Assembly (NCBI GenBank): GCA_963836235.1
Contig: CAWIIP010000002.1
Coordinates: forward strand, 64,001 to 128,000
DNA: 64,000 nt
Reading direction: 5' to 3'
Origin: an uncultured Pseudomonadota bacterium
Lineage (GTDB): Bacteria > Oederibacteriota > Muellerivitia > Muellerivitales > Muellerivitaceae
A program made the position numbers and the translations under genes. The notes beneath the pieces are model-generated. The model made no database searches and was not told the DNA's origin. It saw only the letters and a list, made by a program, of their open reading frames with translations. Of this stretch, positions 29,724 through 40,100 are shown one piece after another; the first letter of the stretch is position 1; every line of letters starts with the position of its first letter.

Positions 29724-30767
29724 TTACCGAGTAAGGGTAGTAAGGTCAACTTCATCCCCGATCCAAGCGGATCCAACGGCTATGCTCGGACCAGCCACGA
29801 TAATATCCGTTACAGCAGCGTTATAAGCCACTCCGTAAGTTCCCGTTCCAGCAGGCGCTGGGTAAGCCGAAACTGGATAAGTGAATGGCGAACCCACGCT
29901 GGTACCGGTGGGAGATTGATAAGTCGTCACAGCAGCGGGAGAAATTTCTTCTACGACTGCGGAATCATAATTCCCGGGGTAAACCGCACTGGCCGTAGAG
30001 CCATTTGCGGCGATAGTAATATTACCCGGAGCGTTGACGGTTGCGGCTGCGGTTCCCAGTGACGTCACGGCATAAAGAGAATATGGAGAATTGGGAACAT
30101 AGGTAAAGGAATCGGATGCAGCCACATACTCTGCAACAGAAACACCGGAGTAGGTTGTGTTGGCCGTGTAAGTTACTGGAATAGAACCATTCAAGGGAGT
30201 AATTAGCGTCACCGCAGCAGTGGTGTCGGGAATTAGATTCGTAGAGATATACACAGTGCAGGTTGTCGCTGTAACGCTGTAACTATATCCGCTAATTGAA
30301 ACGTTCGTCAAATCTTCAAGGAAAATACCTACGACCATAAGCCCCATAGTTCCAATGGGAGTAGGCGTGAATGTCGGGGTTCCAGGAACCGGAGTTGCAG
30401 TTTTCGTGAAAGTGAAGGTCGAAGTCGAAAGTAAACTGGTATTGGTGGGGGTTGAAGAGCTTGTGTCTGTCGGAGTATTAGAATATGTAAAGGTAAACGT
30501 AGGGGTGTAAGAGAATGTGGAAGTATAGGTAGGCGTAAAGGAAGAAGGAGTTGAAGTAGCTCCCCCTGGGTTAGTGGCTGTGGAAGTAAAAGTGAAAGTA
30601 GGAGAAAAGGTCGGGGTGGAAGTAAAGCCGCTCATATTCGTAGGGGTTGGGGTCAATGCCAATGAAGCCGATATGGGCGCCGTCACGTAACTTTTTTCGC
30701 AAGCAATCGGTGCCAGGGAAAGAACGGCAATAATCCATAAGGCACGTAACTTATAACGATTTTCCAT
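29724..30767 (-). CDS. Probable lipoprotein with Thr/Pro/Phe-rich linker and beta-rich C-terminal domain
   Basis: ATG 30767 (GAGGG RBS), MENRYKLRALWIIAVLSLAPIA-C; TPTF/TPTY repeats. Confidence 0.8.
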   Translation of the reverse strand: MENRYKLRALWIIAVLSLAPIACEKSYVTAPISASLALTPTPTNMSGFTSTPTFSPTFTFTSTATNPGGATSTPSSFTPTYTSTFSYTPTFTFTYSNTPTDTSSSTPTNTSLLSTSTFTFTKTATPVPGTPTFTPTPIGTMGLMVVGIFLEDLTNVSISGYSYSVTATTCTVYISTNLIPDTTAAVTLITPLNGSIPVTYTANTTYSGVSVAEYVAASDSFTYVPNSPYSLYAVTSLGTAAATVNAPGNITIAANGSTASAVYPGNYDSAVVEEISPAAVTTYQSPTGTSVGSPFTYPVSAYPAPAGTGTYGVAYNAAVTDIIVAGPSIAVGSAWIGDEVDLTTLTR

Positions 30768-30992
30768 AAACACCCTCAAAATATAAAATTCAAAAGCAGA
30801 CGAATTATACCATAAATAAAGCAAATGAAATTTGGATGGTTCTAACTTTTCACTTTGTCCAAAAAGACCCATAACCAAAGGATTTTTGCCAAACTAATTA
30901 AATAAAAAGGAAGAGCCGACGATTAATTTCAGAAAAATCGATTAAATGAAAAGGTTTCACACATCATGCGCTCGAAGGAAAAAGAGCCTAGG

Positions 30993-31358
30993 TTATTTTG
31001 AAATCTTTTGAAGATAGGTACCTAAATCAACAGCGTCATCTTCCTTGATGGCTAAAAAATGAAGCCCGGCTCCGGAAGTATTAGACCATATCACCTCAGC
31101 AAAAGCCGAAAGAGGAACAGACCGGGAAGGAAGAGAAATCTTCAAGGTGAGAATATCCCCCATGTTTAATACTTGGTCGGCCACAATAAACATCCCTCCC
31201 AAGCTCGTATCTTGCGTTTGGCCCACCTTGGTTTTTTCTCCTAATTCCCTGATATTCCGAATTTCCTTGTGGTCTTCCATCACGAGGTAGCTAACGGGAA
31301 TTTTGGCCGGAACCCTAGGATGAGCCCTTTTATCTAAAAAGATATTCGCTTCTGGCAT
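30993..31358 (-). CDS. Single-domain PilZ protein
   Basis: RAHPR (RxxxR) and DTSLGG (DxSxxG). Confidence 0.9.
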   Translation of the reverse strand: MPEANIFLDKRAHPRVPAKIPVSYLVMEDHKEIRNIRELGEKTKVGQTQDTSLGGMFIVADQVLNMGDILTLKISLPSRSVPLSAFAEVIWSNTSGAGLHFLAIKEDDAVDLGTYLQKISK

Positions 31359-31475
31359 TTCAATCCCCCCACTTGAACAAGTTTAAATGTAATCGAGAAA
31401 AGACTATGACTTTCTAAAATTTGTTGGCCCCGCTTGGCTGAAATTTAAAGTCACGTCCCTACCTCGGTAAAAAAC

Positions 31476-31847
31476 CTAAGAACCCTTGGAAAAGGTTTGT
31501 AGGTAAACCTCTAAAGCCTTTGCGTCTTCCTCCCGCATAGATAAAAAATGGAGACCCACACCTTCCGCCTTGATCCATACCACCTCAGCAAAAGCGGAAA
31601 GCGGTGTCGTCCGAGAAGGAACCGAAAATTTAATTGTCAGGACATCTCCCTTGTTCAGGGCCTGGTCACCCGCGAGCATCAACCCACCCAGACTTGCGTC
31701 AAGGGTTTCGGCTTTCTTAGTTTTTTCGATCAATTCTCGAATGTCTTTAATTTCTTTATGCTCTTTCATCACGAGAAACGTAACGGGAATATGAACCGGT
31801 ACCCGAGGAAAAGCCCGCTTATTTAAGTACATTCTCGCTTCGGGCAT
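31476..31847 (-). CDS. Single-domain PilZ protein (paralogue)
   Basis: RAFPR and DASLGG; colinear with the neighbouring PilZ. Confidence 0.9.
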   Translation of the reverse strand: MPEARMYLNKRAFPRVPVHIPVTFLVMKEHKEIKDIRELIEKTKKAETLDASLGGLMLAGDQALNKGDVLTIKFSVPSRTTPLSAFAEVVWIKAEGVGLHFLSMREEDAKALEVYLQTFSKGS

Positions 31848-31900
31848 TTATCCAACCCTTTCCTCTTCAAATCCATCGTCCACTTCAATCCACAATTTGA

Positions 31901-31929
31901 ACTTTATCGGTTATAAGCAGGATTGTCAA
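31901..31929 (-). promoter_or_regulatory. Sigma70-type promoter of the PilZ pair
   Basis: TTGACA-17-TAAAGT. Confidence 0.55.
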
Positions 31930-31979
31930 TCACGGGGAAGATGGCTCCTTTTTTCACAAGAGGAACAAATTATGGCCGT

Positions 31980-34646
31980 CTAGTGTCGAATCATCACTTT
32001 CAAATTCTGCCGAGCTATCATGAAACCATTAGCATCCCATAATTCAACAACCGCGACATAAACTCCACTTGCCACCGTTCCGTTTGGCAAAAAGGCCTGA
32101 CTTGTTCCCGGGAGCCCCATAAAAACGGCTACCTTTTCGCCCGCCAAATCATAAAGGCGCACTTTCAAGGTTAGAGGCTGGGTAGTAGAAGCTCTAAAGG
32201 TTAAAGGTGGACCCCCACTTTGCCAGGGGTTGGGGTAGGCCACAACACCATTACCGGACCCGCTACTGTTGACCACCGTCAAATCCTTTGTGATTACCTC
32301 TTCTCCACCGGTTCCATTCTCTGAAAAAATCTCCAGATAATAGACGCCATTGGTAGCCAAGGTTCCACCGCTACAACTACCGTCCCAGGCCAACGTCACT
32401 CCGTTGCTCATCCCGATGGTCACGGGGTTTGAGGTTGTTAAACTGGTTTGCAGGACCAAAGAGGATAACTGGACCGCCGTGACAGGTCCCGCCGCTCCAT
32501 CCACTTTATAAAGAATCCGCACCACTTCCCCCGCCGCATTACAAATCACCACCGATACCGCCCCCAGTGGCCGGCTAACCGTAACCTCCTGGACAACGCT
32601 TTGGTCCGATCCCAGACTATTCACACTGTCCACTTTCAGATAATAGATTCCGTTAGATACCGGATAGCCGGAAATATTGGTTCCATTCCAGGCCGAAAGC
32701 AGGTTCCCGTTCCAAAGTATGGAAACCGCGTCGTTAGGTCCCGTCAAGCTCGTGATGGCATTTCCCGAACCCAGAGTGATGGAGGTTACTGGCTGAGGAG
32801 CCTTTTCCACCAGCAGCTTTTCTACTAGCTCCCCTGCGGAGTTATAAACCGCAACAGTCACCGTATAAGGCTCAGGCAACGGGGTGGGGGTGGATGTTCC
32901 CGTAGGGGTGAAAGTGTCCGTTATTGTGGGCGTAAAGGTAATGGTGTAGGTATTAGTTAACGTTGGTGTTGAAGTAAGCGTTCCGGTAGGAGTGGTGGTA
33001 AAGCTGGCAGTAGGTGTCGGCGTAAAGGTGTATGTGTTTGTCGGGGTGGAAGTTTCGGTCAGCGTTGGGGTGTCCGTCACCGTAAAGGTCAAAGTCGGAG
33101 TAAACGTAGGCGTTACGGTAGGGGTAAAAGTCACTGTAAAAGTATCCGTTATGGTCGGAGTTGGAGTCGACGTACCGGTCATGGTGGAAGTCGCGGTGGA
33201 GGTTGCGGTGGAACTGGGGGTAAAAGAATCCGTGGGTGTCGCTGAATTTGTCGATGTCCCCGTTGGGATATAGGTCGCCGTTAAAGTCGGAGTAGGACTC
33301 TCGGTTGGACTCGCCGTGGGAGTAAAACTATCCGTAACCGTGGGCGTCCAGGTTGTGGTCGGACTCGGGGTCAAGGTCGCGGTGGAAGTGGACGTAAAAC
33401 CGGGCGTAAAAGAAGGGGTTGAAGTAGCGGTATAAGTGGGAGTCCCCGTAAGTGTCGACGTGAAAAAAGGAGTAGAAGTGGCGCTGTTGGTGGGAGTGAA
33501 GGAGAACGTCAGGGTGGGGCTATTCGTCGCGGTAAAAGAAGATGTCGGCGTTGGAGTAATGGTGGATGTCGGAGTCTGGGTCGCGGTATTCGTCGGGGTA
33601 GGTGTATTGCAAATCGAGTTGCAGGAAGCCGCCAAAAGGTTCACCCAATAAAAATCCTTGTCAGCGCTGTTGACGGGGCTTCCCAAGGCCCAGGTGATCT
33701 TTCCAGAGGGGTCCGAAAGGGGCACGTTGGCGTAGCTGTCGAGAAAGGTGTCGTAGCTCACTGAAGAGTCCTGGAAGATGGTTCCACCCCCCAGGGCCAT
33801 GTTGGGCGGCTGGGCCGGTCCCGGGTTGTCCGTACCGAAAAAATCGTCCGAGAAGCTGACCGGTACGTTGGGCGCACTCACACCTCCCCACCGTGAAAAC
33901 TGGTTGGCCCCACAGGCCTGGCTGTGCTGACAACTCCAATCCAAGGTCGAATACCAGGGGGTGACCCCGTAATCCAGCTTAGAGTTGCCGCCCACTGTGG
34001 ATCCGCCCCAAACGAAAAGCCCGTCTCCTAGGACCACCGCCCCGCAGGCGGTCGGGGCTGGAACCGTGTAGACGATCACCAGCCCGGCCAGCACCCCGAC
34101 CGATAGGGCGCTCGTGCCATAGGTGGAGACGCCAGGCGACACCAGACTAGTCACGTCATAGCGCACATCGCAAAAAAAGGCGGAATCTCCGGTTGTTATT
34201 AGGTCGGTTCCCAGTCGTGGGTCGTTCCAGAGGTTCTCGAAATTGCCCTGGCCCACTTCCAATCCCGAGGGTGTTAGACCGCCCCCGAAAGACACCGGGG
34301 AGTTGCTGCAGGCATAGCCGTTCCACCATTCCACCACCTCCAGGTAAGCCGCCTGGATGGTGGCACTGGACGGAGGAGGGGTGGCCAGAGTGATTGTGGT
34401 CACCCCGGCGGTATTGACCCCCGCCGCATAAAGCACCGATACGCCCGAAGCTGAATAAAGGTAAAACTGGTTGATGGCCATCGTGTTAAGAGAAACACTG
34501 GAAGAGGTACAATTGTCCAGGTTACCCGTTTGGGTATAGGGCGCTCCGGAAGCGCCATATTGAGCCCTAGCCTGGGTTGATCCAAGGAGAAAAACCCCTG
34601 GAAAAAGCACTAGGAAGGATAAAAAAAACGGCTTAAATTGTAGCAT
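31980..34646 (-). CDS. Secreted protein: Cys-containing N-domain, ~245-aa Thr/Pro linker, two FlgD-like Ig domains, T9SS-like CTD
   Basis: Signal peptide ending QARA|Q; [20 protein letters not shown] twice; final YPNP..ASGVY..KVMIRH. Confidence 0.85.
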   Translation of the reverse strand: MLQFKPFFLSFLVLFPGVFLLGSTQARAQYGASGAPYTQTGNLDNCTSSSVSLNTMAINQFYLYSASGVSVLYAAGVNTAGVTTITLATPPPSSATIQAAYLEVVEWWNGYACSNSPVSFGGGLTPSGLEVGQGNFENLWNDPRLGTDLITTGDSAFFCDVRYDVTSLVSPGVSTYGTSALSVGVLAGLVIVYTVPAPTACGAVVLGDGLFVWGGSTVGGNSKLDYGVTPWYSTLDWSCQHSQACGANQFSRWGGVSAPNVPVSFSDDFFGTDNPGPAQPPNMALGGGTIFQDSSVSYDTFLDSYANVPLSDPSGKITWALGSPVNSADKDFYWVNLLAASCNSICNTPTPTNTATQTPTSTITPTPTSSFTATNSPTLTFSFTPTNSATSTPFFTSTLTGTPTYTATSTPSFTPGFTSTSTATLTPSPTTTWTPTVTDSFTPTASPTESPTPTLTATYIPTGTSTNSATPTDSFTPSSTATSTATSTMTGTSTPTPTITDTFTVTFTPTVTPTFTPTLTFTVTDTPTLTETSTPTNTYTFTPTPTASFTTTPTGTLTSTPTLTNTYTITFTPTITDTFTPTGTSTPTPLPEPYTVTVAVYNSAGELVEKLLVEKAPQPVTSITLGSGNAITSLTGPNDAVSILWNGNLLSAWNGTNISGYPVSNGIYYLKVDSVNSLGSDQSVVQEVTVSRPLGAVSVVICNAAGEVVRILYKVDGAAGPVTAVQLSSLVLQTSLTTSNPVTIGMSNGVTLAWDGSCSGGTLATNGVYYLEIFSENGTGGEEVITKDLTVVNSSGSGNGVVAYPNPWQSGGPPLTFRASTTQPLTLKVRLYDLAGEKVAVFMGLPGTSQAFLPNGTVASGVYVAVVELWDANGFMIARQNLKVMIRH

Positions 34647-34840
34647 CAAGGGGATATCCAAAAGTCCGGCATGGGCCTTCCTTCATATTCCCCATCTCTA
34701 ACGGCTAATTTCTTTACCCACTGAAGTTTTATTCCGCAAACAACTTACCCGATTCAAAGCTTAAAAAAGGCTAAAACAAAGACTTTTTTTAGTTCTACCT
34801 TTCGCACCCCAGCCAAGGACCCCGGGGTCAAAACAGCCTC

Positions 34841-36619
34841 CTACTTCAAAACTACCGGCAGTTGAAGCCCCGCTTTTACCAATTGAGCCGGAACCGTCAT
34901 GGACTTGGAACCGTTGGTTACCGTCACCTCATAATCCCCTAGGAAACCCCGCACCTGGTAGACCCCCTTCGCATCTGTTGTTCCATCTGCGTTGGTCCAC
35001 CAATCGCGTTGAACGAGTTGTTCATAGGCCGCTCCCGAAGGCTTCTCGGTCCAATCCTGATTAAAGATCGGAGCCTTGTTGTGCCAATGGGCCCCATCCC
35101 AGAAACCCCACATCAAGAAGGCGTTGGTGGAGGGATGGCTGAAAACGGCGGTCATGAAATCCTTCAAAAACTGAGCATCAAGTTCCTGGTCCTTAATGTC
35201 CGTGTCGTATTCAGTAATTTCCACGGGCAACCCGTGGGCCCCCAGCTTATCTAAAGTTTGGAGCAATGCCGGGATAGACCAGGGAGATGAACCAACATGA
35301 CCCTGCAATCCAATACCGCCTAAGGGCGCACCCTTTTGGATGAGGTATTGGATGGTATCGTCGTACGCGTCAAGGTGTCCCGTGGTATCGGGACTAGGAT
35401 AATCATTAACGAAGAGGAGCGGTTTAGGGTCCGCCTGCTGCGCCGTCTTGTACCAGGTAATCATGGCCTGCTTTCCCAGGATATCGGTCAGTTGGTGCTC
35501 TGGGACCGGTTCGTTTACCACATCCCACTCCACCAATTGTCCCTTCATAGTCCCGCCCACATCCTTGATCCGACTTTCGATTTTGGCTTCTAACGCCTTG
35601 GGGTCTCCTTCCAGTTGCTTGACCTCGGGTGGGAGATACCGCCATGTTCCCCAAACCATATTATGGCCACGCACGTCAAAACCCCTCTCGGACAGCCACT
35701 TCATCGCTCCCTGCACATATTCTCGGCGCCAATAGCCAGTATTGGAGGCTCCGTCCTCCCAAGGGCCCCATTTCAGGTCGTTCTCGAAGACCACGCGATT
35801 GAAAAGCCTTGCGACTTCCTTTTGGTAACGATCATTGTCGCCACCCTCGGTCGCCAAATTCTTCGCAACCACGGCCGTACCAAACCCGAAGGCATGGCGT
35901 TTCATTCGAACCGTTACTTTCGCGCCCAACAAGGGATTTCCATCAGAGTCTTTCACTAGGACGGTCAAATCGCCCTTGCGCATCTTCTCGATGCGATCCT
36001 GAGCTTCCTTGCGCCAGGGCGCGTCTGTATCTTCGCCGTCATAAGTCAGCTTAGTCTGAGGCAAGTCCGTGACTTTCACGTTAGTTCCATAGGTTGTCAG
36101 TTTGAAATCGGCAATCTCAAAGGCCTGAGGGTGATAGCCCATGCGGAAATAAATATGGGATTTCCCCGCGTCCAAATCCTCCACAATCGTGAACGGGATT
36201 GAAAATTTACGCCAATGGGGTCCCGCAGAGAGGTTGTAACTGACGGCTTTCGTCCAGGGATCACCCAAACGCTCAAATCCGAACTCACTGCTGGCCTCGC
36301 CGCTTTCCACGTTGGTCTCGGCGGCCCTCATCCAAAATTCGGCTAGGACCACATCGCCAGCCTTCACCGCTTGCGAAACGGGGGCTTCCACTTGCACATC
36401 CCAGGGATTGGCAGTGCTTTCAAAAGTAGTAAGCCTGAGGGCTTCCTTGAAGGCCTGTCCCACCACGGGAACCTTTTCCATTTTCCCCTTGCTCCCGTCA
36501 AATTGAATAAGATCGATGGCGGGGGGAGGAATCAAGTCATGGCCACCTGAAGGCACCGCCTGGGCGAATAAAGAAGCAGGAAATAACAAGGCGAAACAAG
36601 TCACGAGGGTTTTAAACAT
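34841..36619 (-). CDS. GH10 endo-1,4-beta-xylanase with N-terminal carbohydrate-binding-like domain
   Basis: Signal peptide from ATG 36619; ENDLKW, RGHNMVW, WDVVNEP (acid/base), GLQGH, ITEYD (nucleophile), WGFWD. Confidence 0.92.
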   Translation of the reverse strand: MFKTLVTCFALLFPASLFAQAVPSGGHDLIPPPAIDLIQFDGSKGKMEKVPVVGQAFKEALRLTTFESTANPWDVQVEAPVSQAVKAGDVVLAEFWMRAAETNVESGEASSEFGFERLGDPWTKAVSYNLSAGPHWRKFSIPFTIVEDLDAGKSHIYFRMGYHPQAFEIADFKLTTYGTNVKVTDLPQTKLTYDGEDTDAPWRKEAQDRIEKMRKGDLTVLVKDSDGNPLLGAKVTVRMKRHAFGFGTAVVAKNLATEGGDNDRYQKEVARLFNRVVFENDLKWGPWEDGASNTGYWRREYVQGAMKWLSERGFDVRGHNMVWGTWRYLPPEVKQLEGDPKALEAKIESRIKDVGGTMKGQLVEWDVVNEPVPEHQLTDILGKQAMITWYKTAQQADPKPLLFVNDYPSPDTTGHLDAYDDTIQYLIQKGAPLGGIGLQGHVGSSPWSIPALLQTLDKLGAHGLPVEITEYDTDIKDQELDAQFLKDFMTAVFSHPSTNAFLMWGFWDGAHWHNKAPIFNQDWTEKPSGAAYEQLVQRDWWTNADGTTDAKGVYQVRGFLGDYEVTVTNGSKSMTVPAQLVKAGLQLPVVLK

Positions 36620-36898
36620 AAAAGTGGGGTTCCTTTCAAATTGATGCTTACAGTTTAAACGGTGATCAACCATCATGAAAGGCAGGTTAGCATCTTAAAT
36701 ATCAATCCGTTTCTAAAAAGCGGCTCTCCCGAGACAAAACTCCTCAGAAAACATATCCCGAGCTTTTAATTTCCTACCTCGTCTTTTTAAATAATGCAAC
36801 CGGATTCGTCATCAAAATAATTCCAGGCAAAGATATAAAAATCTAACGGTACAGCCCGTGGTAGGATAAAGCTACGTCAAGCGATGAAGGAGGTTCTC

Positions 36899-36940
36899 AT
36901 GGCTACAAAGAAGAAAGCCGCCAAGAAAAAAAAGAAGTAA
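36899..36940 (+). CDS. 13-aa Lys-rich micropeptide MATKKKAAKKKKK
   Basis: AAGGAGGT-N4-ATG, TAA stop, immediately followed by terminator hairpins. Confidence 0.7.
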   Translation: MATKKKAAKKKKK

Positions 36941-36945
36941 CCCAC

Positions 36946-37012
36946 AAGCGCGCAAGCGCTTTTTTTGTGGTCGTTGAACCAAAGCCCGTGCGACTGCCCG
37001 GGCTTTTCTTTT
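36946..37012 (+). terminator. Two tandem Rho-independent terminator hairpins
   Basis: AAGCGC-GCAA-GCGCTT plus T-run; AAAGCCCG..CGGGCTTT-TCTTTT. Confidence 0.75.
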
Positions 37013-37114
37013 GAGCCTCTTGTCTTAGACCTATCCCCAAAATGAATTGAAATTTAAACTCGTCTTAGCCTTCTAAAAAATTATTTTCAAAAAACCGATG
37101 GAAAATGTGATCTC

Positions 37115-40100
37115 TTAAGGAACTTCCAAGCCGAGGGTTCCCAGCGGTTCCGTGTCGTAGATATGAAGCTGAGTCGAATCGTAGAGCTGGGCTTGGAACA
37201 CCTGGCCCGATACCGCTTGACCCACGCTCAAGCCGAATTGGGAAGCCGAAAGGGTGTAGTTGAAGTAGTTATATGCTCCTGCCGCCAATGTAACCGGGCC
37301 CAGGAACACGGAAGTCCCGTTCGTCGTATCCACCACTTTCAAATAACTGGTCACGGCAGTGGTGCCTGGCACATGCAGGTAGGCTTCAAAGTTGAAAGTC
37401 TCGCAGTTCCCGTCTTCCCCATTGGTTAGGCAACTTAAAGAATAATTGTAATAGAAGTATTCTACCGGCGATTCCATCACGAACGGGGTGCCGCTGGGCA
37501 CGGAGGTATCCAAAATTTGGTTCTGAGCCTGGTTGTAGAGCGTCACCTTCAAGGGAGCAGTAATCGCCGTGGTGACCCCAAAATCCCCTCCCGAGAGAGT
37601 AACGGAATAGCTGGTCCCGCTCCCGTTGTAAGTCCAAGGGCCAACCCACCGGCCCGTGTTATTCACTGTATCTGTTACGGCGGCATAGCTGGTTTCCGGA
37701 ATCCCCGCGGGCCCGTTGGCATTGATCGTTAGGAGGAAGTTCTGGCAGGCCCCGTTGCCGCTGTCTGACACCAGGCAGGATACCCCGCTGGAAGCGATAT
37801 AAGACGAGGGAAATTCCAGGTTCAGGTTTCCCAAGGGCTTTGTATCCACAACCGCGTCGGTACCCGCGTCAACCAACTGTGCCAGGAACACTTGGCCCGC
37901 CGCCTTTTGGCCCACTGCCGTCACACCGAACTGCTCCGGCGAAAGATTCCATGTATTGGCTACGTAATAGCCCCCGTTGTCAGTAACCGGGCCCAGGAAC
38001 ACCGTGGTTCCGTTGGAAAGGTTTGTCAGTTCAATCAAGCTCGTCACCGGACCCGATCCACTCGGCGCAAACAGCTCAGTGTCAAAGTTGAAATTGACGC
38101 AACTCTCATCCTCCGCCGTTGTGGCGCAGCTTAAATAGTTATATTCGTTGTAATATTCATAAAAGGATTCTTCGGGAGCCTCCAGCATGAAGGGCGATCC
38201 ACCGGGCGTGGCTGTATCCAATATTTTGGTTTCAGATTCGTCGTACAGCGTCACCTTAAGGGAAGTGGTGGTGGCCGTGGTAACTCCGAAATCCCCTCCC
38301 GTCAAAGTGACTGAATAGCTGGTCCCACTACCCGTGTAAGTCCATGGACCGACCCAGACATACTCGTTATTCGTCGTATCCGTGACGGCGGCGTAACTGG
38401 TTTCCGGAACCCCTGTAGACCCATCGGCATTGATGGTCAAGACGAAGCTCTGGCAGGCCCCGTTGTTAATGTCCGAAACCAGGCAGGAAACCGAGCTGGA
38501 GGCGATGGAAATTCCCGGATATTCCAGGTTAAGACTCCCCAAGGCCCTTGCGTCCAATACCGCGCTGCTGGCGGCATCTATCAACTGCGCCTCGAATACC
38601 TGGCTTACCGCCTGCTGGCCCACCATCGTCACTCCAAACTGTTGCGGCGAAAAATTCCAGGTATTGGCGACGTAATAGCCCCCGTTGTCAGTAACCGGGC
38701 CCAGGAACACCGTAGTCCCGTTGGAAAGGTTCGTCAGTTCAATCAGGCTCGTCACCGGGCCCGATCCGCTCGGCGCAAACAGCTCAGTATAAAAGTTGAA
38801 ATTAGAACAGTTCCCCTCTTCCGTGGTGGTGGCGCAACTCAAATAGTTATAAGAGTCATAACTGTAATAATAGAAATATTCCTCAGGCGACTCCAGCTGG
38901 AAGGGTGTCCCAAGTACCGAGGTATCCAGAATTTTAGTCTGCGTGGGGTCGTACAGGTCCACCTTCAGTGAAGTAGTGGTGGCCGTTGTGACCCCGAAAT
39001 CCCCTCCCGTTAGGGTGACTGAATAGCTGGTCCCACTCCCCGTGTAGTTCCAGGGCCCAACCCACACATATTGGTTGTTCGTCGCATCCGTCACCTTGGC
39101 GTAGCTGGTACCCAGATTCCCGGTCGGCGCGTCGGCGTCAATGGACAAGACGAAACTCTGGCAGGCCCCGTTGTTAATGTCCGAAACCAAGCAGGAAACC
39201 GAGCTGGAGGCGATATAAGACGAGGGATATTCAAAATTCATGCTTCCCAAAGCCTTCGCGTCCAAAACCGCCTGGCTTCCGTTGTCGATCAACTGCGCTT
39301 CGAACATCTGGCTCACCGCTTGCTGCCCTACTGTCGTCACCCCAAACTGTTCCGCCGAGAAGTTCCAAGTATTCGACGCATACCCCTCAGTAATTGTAAT
39401 CGGGCCAAGGAACATCGTGGTGCCATTGGAAAGATCTATCAATTGGACCATGCTCGTTACCGGGCTGGCACCGGGCGCGTACAACTCGGTATCAAAGTTG
39501 AAATTCGAGCAGTTTCCGTCTTCCGCCGTGGTCGCACAACTTAAGTTGTTATAGTCGCTGTAATATTCGTAAAAATATTCTTCCGGAGCCTCTAGAGAAA
39601 CAGGCAACCCAGTTGGAACGGTGTTCCCTAAGGCCACGTTTTGTGCCGCATTGTAAAGAGTCACCGCCAAGGAAGCCGCGGTCGCCGTGGAAATCCCAAA
39701 ATCCCCTGCCGTCAGGGTGACCGAATAACTGATCCCCGTTCCTGTGTAAGTCCAAGGGCCCACCCACAGGCTATTGTTATTCGTGGTATTGGTGACATAG
39801 GCGTAACTTTCCGCCGGACCACCGCTGGAGTTGGCATCGATCGTCAGGACAAAGCTCTGACAGGCTCCGTTGCCGCTGTCGGACAAAAGGCAAGCCGCTG
39901 ACGCGCCCGCCAGGCTGGCGGCGGTGCTGCTGTTTTCGATATTAAGAACCCCCGTCGTCTTCGTGTCCCAAACCTGGGTCTGGGTCGAATCGTAGAGCTG
40001 GGCTTGGAACACCTGGCTGATGGCCGATTGGCCCGAAGGCAAGCCGAAATTGGCCCCGGTGAGGGGAACCGAGTAATACAAATTCTGGTTTCCGATGTTG

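Noticed and set aside
36795-36877. c-di-GMP-I (GEMM)-like words GCAAAG..CTAA..GGTAG..CTAC upstream of the micropeptide
   Set aside because: The P2 strands do not pair and P1 lacks the GNRA tetraloop; would need an Infernal hit
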